A stretch of 64,000 nucleotides of DNA from Tubiluchus corallicola (lineage: Eukaryota > Animalia > Priapulida), in NCBI GenBank assembly GCA_030141605.1, contig JAQGDQ010000198.1, positions 341,938 to 405,937 on the forward strand. Reading direction: 5' to 3'. Under the pieces are notes generated by a model. That model ran no database searches and was not told the DNA's origin. It worked only from the letters and a program-made list of their open reading frames with translations. This document shows, piece by piece, positions 50,231 to 64,000 of this stretch (positions are counted from its first letter, which is position 1; each line of letters starts with the position of its first letter). Both the position numbers and the translations under genes were made by a program.

Positions 50231-51513
50231 GTGCTTGCTGATGTTTGTAACGCTAAACAGGACAAGCCTGCACCCATCCTCTCAGTACTTGTCTCAGCGT
50301 ACTGTGAGGTAGTGGTAGGCCCTCAAGGGTAGATTGGTTTTCTATGTTTTTCATTCTTAGCCAGCTGTGTGTTTCAGTTATGCGAAGAGAACTTTATTTA
50401 ACAGTAACAATCTAGTTTTTACAAAGTTAGTAAGTAAGCTAAGTTTTTTGGTCGGGTCTTATACCCCTCTTTTTAAACTGGTGAATGTCTCTCAGTTGCT
50501 TGCTTTGTTAGTTCTGTTTCAGGATGTCGATTTCGAACCGAGGCCTCTCGCCCACCGATAGCACTGTCTCAAACCGTCCAGGGTGATTGCTAAGAACAGT
50601 ATATACATAAAAATTGTACATAATATCAAAACAAAGATAAATAATACAACAAAGATATTACAATAACACATTTCATCAATAAACACATACCTATCATGCA
50701 ATTTTGTACATGTTATGCAGTTATGCACTTATGAAAAAGTAACTAACACAGCCAGTTTCTAATTTCATTTAAGTTACACTTTTCTAAAAAAATTATTGCA
50801 TTCAATAGCTTTATGGCATCTTCTATCACTGAACTCCTCAGACGTGAGATGAAAACTGCTATTCATAATACTGTCCTTAAAGGAAGACAGGACGATTTTT
50901 CATATACTACTCCATTTTCAAGTCCGATAAAAAGTAACATACATCTTAACACAGTAAAGATACATTTTAACGCAATTAATACTGCAAAAGCGTTTCTGAT
51001 AATCAAATAATAGATTAAAAACTTAATTAACGGTGGGCGAGCCCAACTATTGATAACATCACAAACTAACATAATTTTCAACAGCAAAAATATTCCACGA
51101 GGGTATTGCAGATGTTTGCAAAAGCTAAAATTGAAGTACAGTGTTAATGTAACATAATGTAAGATATCAAGTGTATTGTACTGAAACTAGTCAAGTTTTA
51201 AGATAAAAATTCAAATTTCAAATTTACTGCTGTGCTCACTCATAATCTATCGTCACAAACTAACACATCTGAACTGAAAGGTTGTGTTTGTTTCGTAATA
51301 ATTCTTGTTGTGCGTGAAATTGTATTTGTGTGGAAATAGTTCATTCACGTAAGTCAGTTTTGAAGAAATAGTATGTTTTCTTTCAATATTTTTAAAGAGT
51401 AGATTATTTGACCTACAGTTTAAGATTGGAGACGATTTTGTAAGAATAGCGTTTTCTTGCACTTTAATGGGCAAGCTGGATCTGGCAGTTCCAGGCAAAA
51501 ACTGTAAATAATT

Positions 51514-51640
51514 TTAAGACAAATTTGGACAATCAGCAAAAAATGTAGACGATGCTTCTGTTGGATATTTTAGATCTAGGACTTTAAATCCAACAGAAGC
51601 ATCGTCTACATTTTTTGCTGATTATCCAAATTTGTCTTAA
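51514..51640. repeat. Near-perfect 53-bp inverted repeat with a 21-nt spacer
   Basis: 51514-51566 and 51588-51640 are reverse complements with one mismatch. Both outer ends are TTAA. Confidence 0.92.
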
Positions 51641-52544
51641 CCGGTCAGCTTCAACGCCCTCACTGCCTGTCATGAAAATTCTTTTTTTTCGTTTCAAGTT
51701 CATAATTACTCTACTGTCATCTGCTGCGTAAAAAACTTGTGTACGCTTTTATCGAGTTTACTTTGCACTGAAATTTATTGCTAAACAATAATTTTCATCC
51801 TTGTTTTCTATATGCAGATCCATTTCTTGTGCAATGTCTGCTTCACTGAACACAAAGATGGCTTTTTACACAGATGGTTTTTAAGCAATATGAACGACAA
51901 AATGATTTTCAGGTCTACAGGTATAAATTATGAAGAAAGACCACTAAGATCTGTAAATTTCGCAGAAAATAATCAAAAAAGCACTCTTTTAAATTGTGAA
52001 TTGCTTTTGAAAAGGTTCTGCAGACACACAAATACTGAAAATTTACCCCAGTGTTTCCCCATTCTTTGCAACAACCTTTCTTAATTCATCGGTCATATCC
52101 AAAGATTCAGTTATCACTCAGCTGGAAGTGTACGTAAGGACGTACTCGGTCACTGTATAATCGTGTTACATCTATCAACGAGTTATAAGGTAACTGAACA
52201 GAATGCTAACTTTCTGCATAAAATATTAATTGTTTACAAAATTTTTACTTTATAATACAGCCTGTGCCGCTGAAACCAACGCCCTGTACTCCATTCCCGT
52301 CCAGGGCCCCGCGAAGGCATGAATCACAAAGTACGACGTGACGTCATTAAGTACAGTACACCAGTTGGTGTCATTTCGTGCGCTGTAGCTGTTATGATTT
52401 TCAAATAACTTTTAGATTGTGTACAAACTAGCTTGTTTGCCCATTTGTACGTAGACATTTCCTATATTTGCATATTTTAATTGCCACCCAATGAGCTGAG
52501 GTGTCGTTTTTTGGCTTCTTTGGTTGTGAAAACTTACAAAAAGC

Positions 52545-55500
52545 ATGATCTGGGCGAGGTTGAACAGACGTTGGTGGCGGCTACTGGGCTGTCGAAAACA
52601 TGTCGTAAAACAAATTCCATCGCCTTACTACCGATGTGCTTTTGTTCAGAGCTATTGCTGGACTAAAGATGCGTAAGTCTTTAAGCAACTTAAGCAATAA
52701 TTTTAGGACACTTCCATAGATTAATAAATAATTAATATTACAATTCTGCATATTTAAGTAACACTGTGTTTTGTATGGCAAGTCAGCAAAGTCAAAAAAC
52801 ATTGACAGTTCGTGACAATTAAGCACAAATTCACAGTTTATTCTAATGTAAATCCTAGATGCATGTACTTGTAGTGTTCTGGATAATTTTCCTCTGAAGA
52901 AGAGTTACTTGCACTGGTCGTCAGACGTGCCATTTCTTGGATGTACAGTTGGTAAGTTCAGTGCCTGTTCTATAATTTTAAATGCAGTAACTGTTGTGAA
53001 ACTGCAATACCATGGCCTCGGGCAGTTTTTGTTGTTGCTGCGGCTGCTGCTGTTGATGATGCTGTTTACTTACTTATGTTGTCTTCAGGGATCCATGTTC
53101 AAATCACAAGAAAAAAATCTCTTTTGGCAACAACTACTCCACTCCCCAGGGAAGAACAAAGCAGTGTTACTGCAGCAGACCTGCCCTGTTGTTGTTGTTG
53201 CTGTTCTTGCTCTTGTTTTGTCTAACATTTATGTGTGACTACTATTAATAGTTTAAAAAAAACAGCTGTGGGAAACGAACCTAGAACCCTTAGTATACCA
53301 GCTAATCCTTCCTAACTGGTTATAAAATGCTTATATATGTAAGGCTAGTTGGGGAAACAGCTGTGCAGCAGTTCTAAAGCCAGATACGCTTGCAAAATCA
53401 GCCATGCGCAAAGCAGTCAATGTAATTAGACATCCAATAACACCTCTACACATTGATTTGATATCATAATGCATGTAATGATAATAATTTCCTACTGCTA
53501 ACTGAAGTTAATTGCAAGTGATATATTGCACACATTATTCAATAGACCTATACCTTATTAGTTAGAGGCCAATTAATAAAGAATTAGTCTTTTGTGTGTT
53601 ACCTTAGCACTTCGTGGGGAGAAGCGTTGCTGCTATTGTTGTAGCAATATGGTTTAAGCTGCAAAATTTGTCTGATGCACTATCAAAAAGTTGGCAGTTG
53701 GTAAGGAATCACTGTTTTCCAGTGGGTTATCTGTTTTTATGGAAAATAATTTAAATCTTTGCTGTAAATTTGACTAATGGGAATGTGTAACTAGCAGTGT
53801 CGACCATTTTCACCTAATTTGAGATTTCGCTTCTTAATATCTATTCGAAGCAAGTTAAAAACAAAAAAAGATTATGTTTATTAATGTGCCATATTTTATA
53901 TATTATCAGGTGAACAGCTGGATAAAACTGCAGAAAAATTTCCTGAAAATGATGCAGTTATTTTTTCTCACCAAGGACTTCGGCGAAATTTTCGTCAACT
54001 AGTGAATGATGTGAGTTTTTGTCTTAGTTTCTTGAAAAAGACATTGTTGTATATACCTTCGGACCTATAAACGAAACGAAACAATACTCAGCACTTAACT
54101 GTGCATTTCAAAGCTTTTTCATCATCTTTATCAAAATTGCTAGGAAAAGTGTGCCATTAAAACCAAAATAGAAGACCAAAAGTTCACCAATTTATTTTGC
54201 TGATTTTTTGTAAACGTTATTCTGTTTGCCGAATTCTTGTTTAATTTTTATCTTGGTAACTAACAGGCTAACAGCATAAATTCGGTTGTCCTGTTTTATG
54301 TAACTATTCTATCTCTTATACGTGAGCAAACTCGTATTTCTTAATATACTGTGGAATTATCATGTCACTGGACACTAGTATGCTTCTATTTATTATACCT
54401 GGGTAGTAGTTTCTGAAGTCCAGAGTCCCCATCCCTTGAGTATAATGAGTTTACATAGTAAGGTATTGTAAACAATTTCTTCAAATGGAATTTTGTGAGC
54501 TTAATATAGCCATTAATATAGCCGATTACAGTAAGTAAATCTTGAATTTTGGAGATGAAATGTAGTCTAGTATAGGAAACATGTTAAATATATGTGATAA
54601 GGTGAATAGTTGAGTAGTTGCTGTGTCTACTGGGCAGTCGAATGCTTTAACTAGTTGGAAACACTTCTGCAAGTTTCATACTGAATTATACTATGTAAAT
54701 AAATGAATAAACCACACTTACTCCAACAAGTATAATTGAACAATTGAAGTTAAACAGCACCACCTAGTCAGCAAATGAATGGGTGACCAGTGTGTTCAAT
54801 ACTTGCACAGTATTTATCGGCTGCAGTGGGTATTTGCCTCATTCAGGAAGGATGTGTATGTGTCCAAACTTGGCCTGAACCACTTTTCCTCATCCAGTAT
54901 CTCATCTTAGATTGTTTTCCATAATGTAGGTTCCAGTTCTGCCACAATGATGTACATTGTATGCTGCTGCAGTTTATTGATGAATCCCAGCTAGGAGAGT
55001 ATAGAACTGTATACGAAACTATTAGATTTGTGTATTAATACTTACTATATAAGATGCGTATAGTAATAATAATAATCAGCTCTTACTGATGTTGCAATGT
55101 CTTCTTGATAGGTAGACAATTTTGCAGCAGGGCTCCTCAATTTAGGAGTGGAGAAAGGCGATCGGGTCGGAATATGGGCTCCTAACGACTATGAATGGGC
55201 AGTAACATTCATTGCAACTGCTCGTATCGGAGCGATTCTGGCTGCGGTTAACCCGGGTTACAAAGTGCACGAACTTGAGTATTGCATTCAAAAGGTAATA
55301 TTCAAAATGTATAAAATATATAAAATGTTTTTTTGCTACCTAGAAGTTTAGGATATATGGAAAATAAAATTCTGTGTTAATTGCATCAAATAGACGTTTA
55401 ATTAACATTTAATTATTGTTATCATTTGCTGTGTTCGGTTTTGTCGGAGACAAATGGAACAAAAATTTCGGTAATTGATCAAAGTTAAGGTCAGAGTAAA

Positions 55501-58500
55501 TCCTCACTATAATATAAGCTTTTACAACTTGAAATCCGACTCTCATTACGAATATTCAGTTTTTTTTACTTTAAACTTACTGTAAAACATGTTTCTTTTG
55601 ATTTTTTATCACTTCATTGTTAGCAGTATAAAATTTGAAGAACTGCCATTTTCCATTGCGCGAGACGAATGACAATGAGTACAGTCACGAGGTTACCAAA
55701 GATCGATAAACAAAGACACTTTCTGTACCTCATACGTCATTCTCGCTCACTCATGCCAAAGAAGCAAAACATGGCGATCTTTATGGCAATGCATGCATTG
55801 AAATTCGCTAAAAAAGGCAAGTTATTTAATTTATAAGTTTCTTTTGTTTAATAATAACTATGAATTTTTCGTCTGATCATAATAATGCGTTAAAAAACTT
55901 CAATGTCTGTTGGGGCTATATAGGCCTTTAAACACCACGTGCAATATGTTTAGTGGGCTAGTTACAAAACAGCTTCAACCTGTTGAATAGATAAATAACC
56001 ATAAATTGATTAAAGCATAGAAGAAAGCACAAGGAAGCAGAAGAAATAAAGCTTAAGAAATTTGTCTTGAAATTTTATATCACTTAGTTTAAACTATTTT
56101 TATTAGTACACATAAAATTCAAACAATACATATGTGAACAGCTGAAATCGTATAACGGCACTAAGTGAGTGGCTAACTGGTCTATAATAAGGAACCTTTA
56201 TAAAAGCTTCTCACGTGAAAACAGTCACCGTGTTAAAAATCGTTAAGAAATAAGATACAACTTCATATATCGGTGGTAAAACAGGAAGTAAAACGTGCAA
56301 GGAAAAAATGGCGAAAATTAGTTTAGGGGCAGATGATATAGGGATATGATATATGAAACAATGAAGAGGATGATTGATGATAGTCAGATTGGCATACAAG
56401 ATAAGGGTCTACAGATTTATATCACTTACTGTGTCTCATTGCATACAGAGCTTGTGTTAGCAGTAACGCTGTATAAAACTTGTAAATTTAAATTCTGATT
56501 ACTATTAAATTAATTAAACTATATTTAAATTATTTTTATTTAAATGATAATACTGATAATAATAATACTAATGTGTCTTACTCTAAGTTATGCATTAAAA
56601 TGTGCTTGTGATAACTGCACTGTCTATGGAAATTTTTTATTGTTTTATTTAAATAATCTTGCTGAATGTGAAAAATGTTAATGAAGTTTCACCTGTCTTT
56701 ACGATGTTTCTTACAGGTCGGTCTCAAAGCGCTCGTTGCTGCAAATAGCTTTAAAACACAGGACTATTATGCGATGCTGTGTGAAGTTGAACCTGCGGTT
56801 GAAACAAGTAAACCTGGATCACTAGTCAGTGAAAAGTAAAAGTGTACTTGATACACCTCATTTTTAGCATTCCCAGTGTTTTCCTTTCCATTTTTTTTGG
56901 TTATATGTCCCAGATACGTTAAAACCATTTGAAAGTTACTTTGCAGTGCGACCAGTTTATTTGTTAAATCATCTAATCCATCAACTATAACCATAAGTGT
57001 AACCATAACTGTAATCATTTCCGTAAGTGTAACCATAACATTTTAACAAACAGAAATTGTTTTTGTGTCACGAGGTTCACAGAAAATTACTTAACTTTAA
57101 CTTTGCAAAAATAAGGAAAATAAGATATTAAATACATATATCTTTGCCTTTTTGACTAGCTCAGACATATATACTCACAATTTACATGTTTCGCGGTTGT
57201 AAACCTCAAAAATTTTAACCACTTCAAGATTCTAGAACAGCTAATACCAGAAATCTCTGCACACCTGTGCAGCCAGGTAAGTCAGGATTCTCGGGTCATG
57301 TGACTTTTTACCTGTTCTACAAATAATCTAATCAAATAGATACCAGGAGATGGAGCCACAAATATAAAAAAATTTGTTTTACCTTACACCCAGTTTGAAG
57401 TATACTTGTACAAAGCACCATAAAGATCAAATGTGTGTAATATTTGTATCATATAATAGTAATATGTAGTTGACTAAAAATCCTTGAGGACAATAATTTC
57501 TTTTAATGTTTAATTCTTACCAAACTGAACTGTTCTTGCATTTGTACATACACTACGTCTGAGACCATGAGCCTATGTCGTCTAGTCTAACTTCTAAATA
57601 TTTTTTACCTTAAGGGAATCGCTGACCTCTATTGAGACATCTTTACAAAGTAGGCTTTGATCTACACTATGCCTAATGAGGAAGGTTTATTCTTAGTGTC
57701 ATATTTAGCCGTATTAGCTGCTTCATATAATATAGTGACTCATAGTTTCTATATAAGAGTAAATAGTAGTGCAGCAACTGTCTATACAGCTAAAAATAAT
57801 GTTAAGATAAAAAAATTTCCTCTGATAATTGACTTTAATTGCGATTAGTTTCATGCACCTTGTTTATTTTGGCACTTTGCATCCTACAATCTTCAAGCGA
57901 CCTCACATCTTGGCATAACTGTAACACTTTGCCTTGTCTGTAAGTTTTATTAGAGTTTTACAACTGAAAGTGGAGCAGCAGCTACATTCTTTTGATACTA
58001 TATAATTGTTAAAAATTGATAATATTCGTATGAAAATCATATTTTATCCTACGATTTATTCAATTTTTTATAATTAATAATGAATGCAGTTTGCATTTTC
58101 TAGGTTTCCCAACTTGAAGCACATCATCATGTATCCTGGAAGCAGCGATCACAAGTATTTCTGATTACTAATTAGTAGTAATAGAAATTGTAATACTGAA
58201 ATCAAATTAATTTGTCATTTAATTCAACGATTTAAATTCTTTTAATTATAAAATCGAATGAAATTAAATGCATTTTACTTTGACAAATTTTAATCTTAAA
58301 ATCTGGCAAATGTTACTATTACTGTGTGTACATTTATGTATAAATTGTATTTATGTGTATGTATGTTGTATGAATTGTATGTATAATTGTATGTATGTAT
58401 GTATATATCCTGTGTGAATTGTGATGCATAACTACTTATACTACTATTCATCACAAGTCTGTAAATTAAAAAAATTTATATCAAAACGTTTAAAATTGCA

Positions 58501-61500
58501 TTGTGCTGCTTCATTATCATAATTGGTGGAGAAGCAATTATACATACAGCAATAGTAACATTTGTATGACTGTATAGGTTTCTTACTAGTATTATTGTGA
58601 CATGAAGTATAAAAAATTTTTGGAAGGAGTTTACAATTCCCCACACAATTTAAATACTCTACCCTTAACCCAACTCTAACCCTAATCCTAATCTGCTTCA
58701 CGAACAGTATGGAAAAAACACCTGATCTATTACGTGTGGGGAATTGTAAACTTTAGCCAAATGTTTTAAATTTAGATACTCATCCAGGTGATAATGTCAC
58801 GTTTGTGATAATGTAATGTCAATTTGATTTTTGAACAAATCTTTGCTTTTGCAGAGGAACATACACTTTCAATGAAGTAATGAACTTGGGAACATCGGAC
58901 AATCTGCACTCGGTCAAAACAGTCGGCAGCAAATTGCAGTTTGATGATCCAATTAATATACAATTTACTTCAGTAAGACACTTTAATTTTCATATGACCC
59001 CTCTGCCTATAAATGCTCAATGTCATCTAAAGTAACTTAATAAATTTTATAAGTTTCATGAGCTGCAGCATTTGTCATAAAGTTACGTTAATGGGTTTCG
59101 AATCGGGGGTTTTGATTTTCTGCTTTCCAGTTTGAGTGTATGGACAGCAAAATCAGTGCCGGCTTGTGTATAGGTACTGTGGAACTGCAACACCCCGTAT
59201 TTTCATTCGATATTATCGCTGATATTTAATATAAGTATTTTTTCTCTGGTTCTTTCTTTATAGTTGTACTGAACCAGAGCACATAGACACTGTTTACTTA
59301 ATAGCCCAGCACAGTGCGTGTGGTGTTTGGCTGTTGTGTACACACACAGTTTGTTGTCAATTGTCACGTGCTTACCGTGAAAGGAACAAGTTTGAACTGC
59401 GACAATTTAGGCGATTAGTAACCAAATGTTTTTGTTTAAGATTTTAACAATTTCATGTATAAACTTTCGTTTGTTTGTTTGTAAAAAATTACAATTACAA
59501 CATTAACATTACATAATTATGTTTGCTTCATTTTACACAGTATTAAAACAATGGCTAAAAATTTTCTGAAGCAGCAGCCCCACTAATTTTAGCTGCGAGC
59601 CGCTGAGCAAAATAAAAATTGGCGTAAAATTATCTGCACTGTTATCGGAGTCGTCTTTGCCAATTAAATGTATTATTGTAATGTGAGAAGAACAACACGA
59701 ATAGTCGAAGAACTTATCTCCCAGTGAAAGTGAGACTATCAGTGATAAACTCAGACTTCTTCATTTTTAAGTGATCATATCACAGCAGTGTATACTCTGT
59801 GAGAAATAACTGTACAACGAAAAAAGCCCCCAATTCGAAACGGGTTAGCGTAACTTTAAGAGCATTAGCCTATTTTTGTTTTGTAAAACTATTACAAAAT
59901 ATTCTAGAAAATTGTGCAGAATTTCGCTTATTTGTGAGCAACACCCTCTCCCTGCCAAATCATGCTGTTCCACAAATTAAACAACCAGTCTACCTGCTGT
60001 CTTACATTTCTCTATTTACTATTTTAGAAGTTGAACTAGCGGCAAAATTGTAGAGTGGACACAATAAGGTACCCGCACTTCGTGTCACCGCTGTGGGTTC
60101 AATACTCACCATAGGTTGTCCCATTCATAGGCCGTGATTTTTTACCTCGTAGAGGGAGGATACATGTACATCCAAATGTGGCTGAGACACCTCTACTGTG
60201 CCAGTGGTTCATCTTAGAGTGATATACTTGATAGTGAAGCAGAGTGTGCTCTGTCTTTGAATGCTTTCTAGCATGCAGTGTGGCAAGTTATAAAAAAAGT
60301 CTATTTGTTACCAATATTGAGATTATAGGGTTGCTCAAAATTGATTCCATTCTTTAATACAATGCACCTCTTTTGTAATGTTTGCAGGGGACGACTGGTC
60401 ATCCAAAAGGAGCTACTCTGACTCATCACCAGATTATTAACAACTGCTATTTCGGAGGTCGCCGTTTGGGATACCATAAACAGGTGAAGACACATTTGAA
60501 CGTAAATGTATTAAAAATGTTTTTTCACATACAATCATCTAGTATTTTGTTCGAATTGCTTCTTATTTTTATTTTATTGCAAGTCATTTGACATCAGTCA
60601 TTGAAATATACCATTCAGCCAGGCTTTCACAGTGTTTGCAACTTCGGCAACTATCCGAAAATTACTAAAACCAACAGTTACCAAACGTGCGCCAAAAGTT
60701 TGTCAAACATTTACTAATGTTTGCCATTGTCGCCAAGAGGTCCTCAACTTCAGAAAAAATTAAAATGTTTAAAGCTTCGCCACATTGTCGTAAAGTTGTC
60801 ATAAGATGCGCCAAACGTTTGCAACAATTTCAGAATCCCCTAAAGCTTGGCAACATTTTGTGATGCTTTTGAAAATATTGCAACGCCTTGGCAATGGTTT
60901 TGCGACCATTTTGCAACATTTTGGTGAACCTGGATTGTCTTGCATTTCTTTACGCGAAAATTCTGTGAAATTGTCATGAAGTGATTGCAATATACTCGCG
61001 TGCATGTCGTGCAACATTTGCCCTGTCGCGTGTGTGAAGTCGTTGAAGTACCATGTTGTGTGACATTTTCGCAATTTCCACTCTGGGAAAAAGCACGAAA
61101 TTTACAAAAATGTGGCGAAAGTCTTTTTTTTGTTTTTTTATTGTTTATTTATTTCACATCAGCACAAATACACAATTAATACATTAAAAAAACAAAAAGT
61201 TATCAATAATTCAATGAATAACAAACGGTAAGATACAAAGTAGGAAGCAAATTTTGGAAAAAATGATTTAAACTGACGTAGGTCAACCTATGTTAAACAA
61301 AGATAGTGATAGCGCTACTTCCTTTAATACTGGTGTCTAAACAACGTTATGTACAGCATCATTACAAATATACTAACTTGACTCTCAAAACACTGTACGG
61401 TTGAAGGATAAACAAGAAAATTATCGCTGTTGTATGTTGCTTAGTAAATTCGTATACAGTTTACTTTGAGCACATAACTAGTTTAGATATACCATAGTTT

Positions 61501-63755
61501 AGGTTTGCTATATATACAAATGTAAATGTGTTGCGTGCAATCAAAGAGCAGGGCTTGTTAGATTGTCCCACACTGTGAAAGAAAAAAAAGTGATGAAAAT
61601 AATCTGAAAATTTGAAGTGAATCGTATGATAAAAAAAGCATTTAGTGCTACAGAATTGAATGGTGTAATGAATGAAGCTCATATGTGAGATGATATAAAA
61701 GATAGATAGATAGTTAAGATAAAATAATAGACAAAGATAGAGAAAAAGAGAAGAAAAATGAAATAGAAAGGAGTTAAAATGTCTATTGCAAATTGCAAAA
61801 TGTCATGCAAACTTCATACGAATGGTTTGCGACAAAACAGTCGCGGGGAGATTTTGACGTCTGTTGGACTTTTCAAGTGTTGCAAAAAAGTCGCTGCCCC
61901 TGAAACCCTGGTTTTGTTTAATTAACAGGATACATTATGCCAATACAATGTAGGTCAGATAAGTTTGTGAAGTTGCATTTTAATACTAAAGCTGCACGTA
62001 TTGCTAGTTTGTATTTCTCTAAGGTAGCCGCCAAGGTTATGTTTACCACTGCCACTGTACCATTGTTTTGGGAGTGTCCTTGGGCTGCTGTCGACGGTAG
62101 TATTTGGAGCAACTACTATTTACCCTGCACCATCCTTCGATGCGGAAGAAGCTTTAAAATCCGTCCAAAATGAAAGGTAAAGAGCAGAGCTTTGAGATAT
62201 AAGTGTGAAGGAAAGTTTTATGTTATTTAGTGTAAATATTTGAACTTTAAAGTTTTTTCTATGTAACTTATATGGCTGAGTGTGTATACAGTTATTTTTT
62301 CCTGTTCATTCTATCCTAAAGTTTGATGGGAAAACTGCCACAGTATGAATTCACAAACACCTCACTTCACAACCTTATTTCTTGCTGAATTTCAGTTTGT
62401 ATTTTGCATTTTTTGATAAGGTTTGCTACTTTTCCCTGAATTTGTATCATACGAATATTTGTTTCATTTTGGAATATTTGTAATGACAAGTGGCTAGCAG
62501 TGAATGCTGTATCTACATTCTCTGTGACATGCTGATGATCTAGGATGATTATTTACTGCAGTTTAAGAAATCGTCTAAATGTGATTTGTCATGCTTGTTA
62601 CGAGAGAACACTTTGCCAGTTTGACTTTCAAAATACTTCTGTGTTAGGTGTTTTTGGTCTCTGATCTTTTACATTATTCTAACATGTGTAATTACTAGCA
62701 TGAGCCCTGGCCACATAAGCAGGCTGCATAAGATTATGGATATCCATAAAATAAGACCAAAAATCCATCAAATAAAATTTGAAAAATCCATAAAATAAGA
62801 AATGCATAAAATAAAAAAATATTTTTTTGTGATTTTTTGTACAAAGTAACGAGTTGTAAGCATTGGCAACACTGAAAACGAACGTTAGAAGGAGAGAAAG
62901 AGAAAGAAAACAAACCAAAAAAAGCGCATTTCCAGATTTGCTATTTTACATTGTTTTTTCTCATTGTCTTTTTGTTATCAAGATGGCAAAGTATCAACCA
63001 AAGCATGAGCTGAAGTTCAGTCTGAAAATAACTGAGAGAGAAACAGCCATTGTCTCGCAAAATTTGAAGTGATATGAAACCGATAAAATTAAAACGAAAC
63101 CGATAAAATTAAAACTAAGTCCTGCGTGTTTAAAAACACATTTCAAGCACTCCTGTTTTTACTTTTTAATTGATTTCCCCCGGGCATCTCGTTCCAGAGA
63201 TAGTCTATTTTTTATTTTATTGATATCCATAAAATAAAATTTCAAAAATCCATAAAATAAGCTATTTTATTTATTTTATACATATCCATAATCTTATGCA
63301 CCCTGCACATAAGTAATTGCCCAAAAAAAGATGGCAATATTTTCTTCCTTGGGATGAATCCACAAAAATTGTGATTTAATATATTTTGGTGGTGTGCGCA
63401 TGAAAGAGCAAAGTTATTTGTTTTGCAATAAAACTCACGACGTCCTGCAAGAAGAAAACAGGATTGCTCAGGATTACTTTCTCCAAAATATTTCAGTCAA
63501 TGACATACATTCTCCAGTGCATGGTCGTGGCAAGTTCATTCAATTTTTTCTCTGTAGATTTTTTGTTCCTGCCACTAGAATGCAGTTTTTCCATACAGCC
63601 TTATACTTTATATCCCTCTGTATTTGTTTATGCTGCAAATGTTTTTTTTTCGTTTGTTTTCAGGGCATCTTCACTCTACGGAACACCAACAATGTTTATA
63701 GATATGGTTCATCATCCTAACTTCTCTCAGTATGACTTGTCGTCTTTGACTGCCG
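52545..63755 (+). CDS. ACSF2: Medium-chain acyl-CoA ligase ACSF2-like, mitochondrial (3' end lies beyond the window)
   Basis: Phase-consistent exons: 52545-52672 (MIWARLNRRWWRLLGCRK.., Arg-rich presequence), 52875-52951, 53910-54010, 55112-55294 (KGDRVGIWAPN..VNPGY..ELEY), 56717-56835 (FKTQDYY), 58104-58154, 58855-58972 (DPINIQFTS), 60388-60483 (GTTGHPKGATLTHHQIINN), 62028-62176 (PLYHCFG) and 63664-63755 (LYGTPTMFIDM). Confidence 0.92.
54746..54910 (+). mobile_element. Old 5S-headed SINE copy
   Basis: GAAGTTAAACAGC..CTAGTCAGCAAATGAATGGGTGACC is a degenerate 5S box A/box C. The core is shared with the copies at 19751 and 60036. Confidence 0.5.
55489..55927. mobile_element. Possible Kolobok-type MITE
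   Basis: Bounded by TTAA on both sides with GG../..CCT ends and weak terminal inverted similarity. Confidence 0.35.
58628..58752. mobile_element. Small MITE with 19-bp perfect TIRs and internal telomere-like CCCTAA repeats
   Basis: AGTTTACAATTCCCCACAC / GTGTGGGGAATTGTAAACT, with CCCTTAACCCAACTCTAACCCTAATCCTAA inside. Confidence 0.75.
59154..59605 (+). mobile_element. hAT MITE, family shared with 24635-25310
   Basis: CAGTG...CGCTG ends with a perfect 8-bp TSD AGCAAAAT (59146-59153, 59606-59613). Confidence 0.88.
60036..60218 (+). mobile_element. tRNA-headed SINE copy sharing a core with the old 5S-headed SINEs
   Basis: B-box-like GGGTTCAATACTC, then CCTCGTAGAGGGAGGATACATGTACATCCAAATGTGGCTGAGACAC..CATCTTAG. 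Confidence 0.5.
60620..61910. mobile_element. Degenerate hAT-like non-autonomous element
   Basis: Ends CAGGCTTTCA / TGAAACCCTG, with repeated GCAACATTT-type motifs inside the left end. No TSD seen. Confidence 0.45.
62720..63305. mobile_element. hAT MITE
   Basis: 24-bp TIRs CAGG(C/G)TGCATAAGATTATGGATAT (1 mismatch), a perfect 8-bp TSD CACATAAG, and subterminal CCATAAAATA repeats. Confidence 0.92.
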
Positions 63756-64000
63756 GTATGTTTAATAAGAAACTGCACAGTTCTATAAATATTCACATTT
63801 TAACGTGATGCAAACAATTGTGGCGGAAAAGAGGTATTCAAAGTCTTTACATTAGTATCAAAATTTCATAATTCTTTGATGATTCTTATCCTTATTAATG
63901 AGCTATGTTCCTGTTGTGCCACAATCAGCAAAATGAAAGTGGTAAATGGATGGCAATAACCAGCTGCCCACAAAATGAATTACTGCTCAGAACAGATTTG

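Overview
AT-rich, intron-rich animal genomic DNA, probably invertebrate. It is not prokaryotic: there is no CRISPR array or operon. Exons were reconstructed by eye with phase-consistent GT-AG junctions for four genes: (1) an alpha/epsilon-sarcoglycan homolog (+, 6983-20890; first exon not found); (2) ARL15 (-, 27160-22601, complete, 212 aa); (3) a two-exon class A neuropeptide-type GPCR (+, 33020-43616, 376 aa); (4) an ACSF2-like mitochondrial acyl-CoA synthetase (+, 52545 to beyond the window end). A frameshifted trypsin-like (GDSGG) protease remnant lies at 2853-3451 (-). The rest is transposon debris: hAT MITEs with 8-bp TSDs, Tc1/pogo-like MITEs, a MULE-like remnant, RTE and L2/CR1-type LINE fragments, tRNA- and 5S-headed SINEs, microsatellites, and a 34-bp/102-bp higher-order satellite at about 572-2100. 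The most notable object is a young chimeric retroelement at 29050-29669. It has a 5S rRNA head, a GC-rich RTE-like body with a predicted pseudoknot, an RTE-type 3' end with a (CCAA)n tail, an 11-bp TSD, and an 80-bp inverted copy of nearby flanking DNA at its 5' junction. All family assignments come from motif recognition, not database searches.
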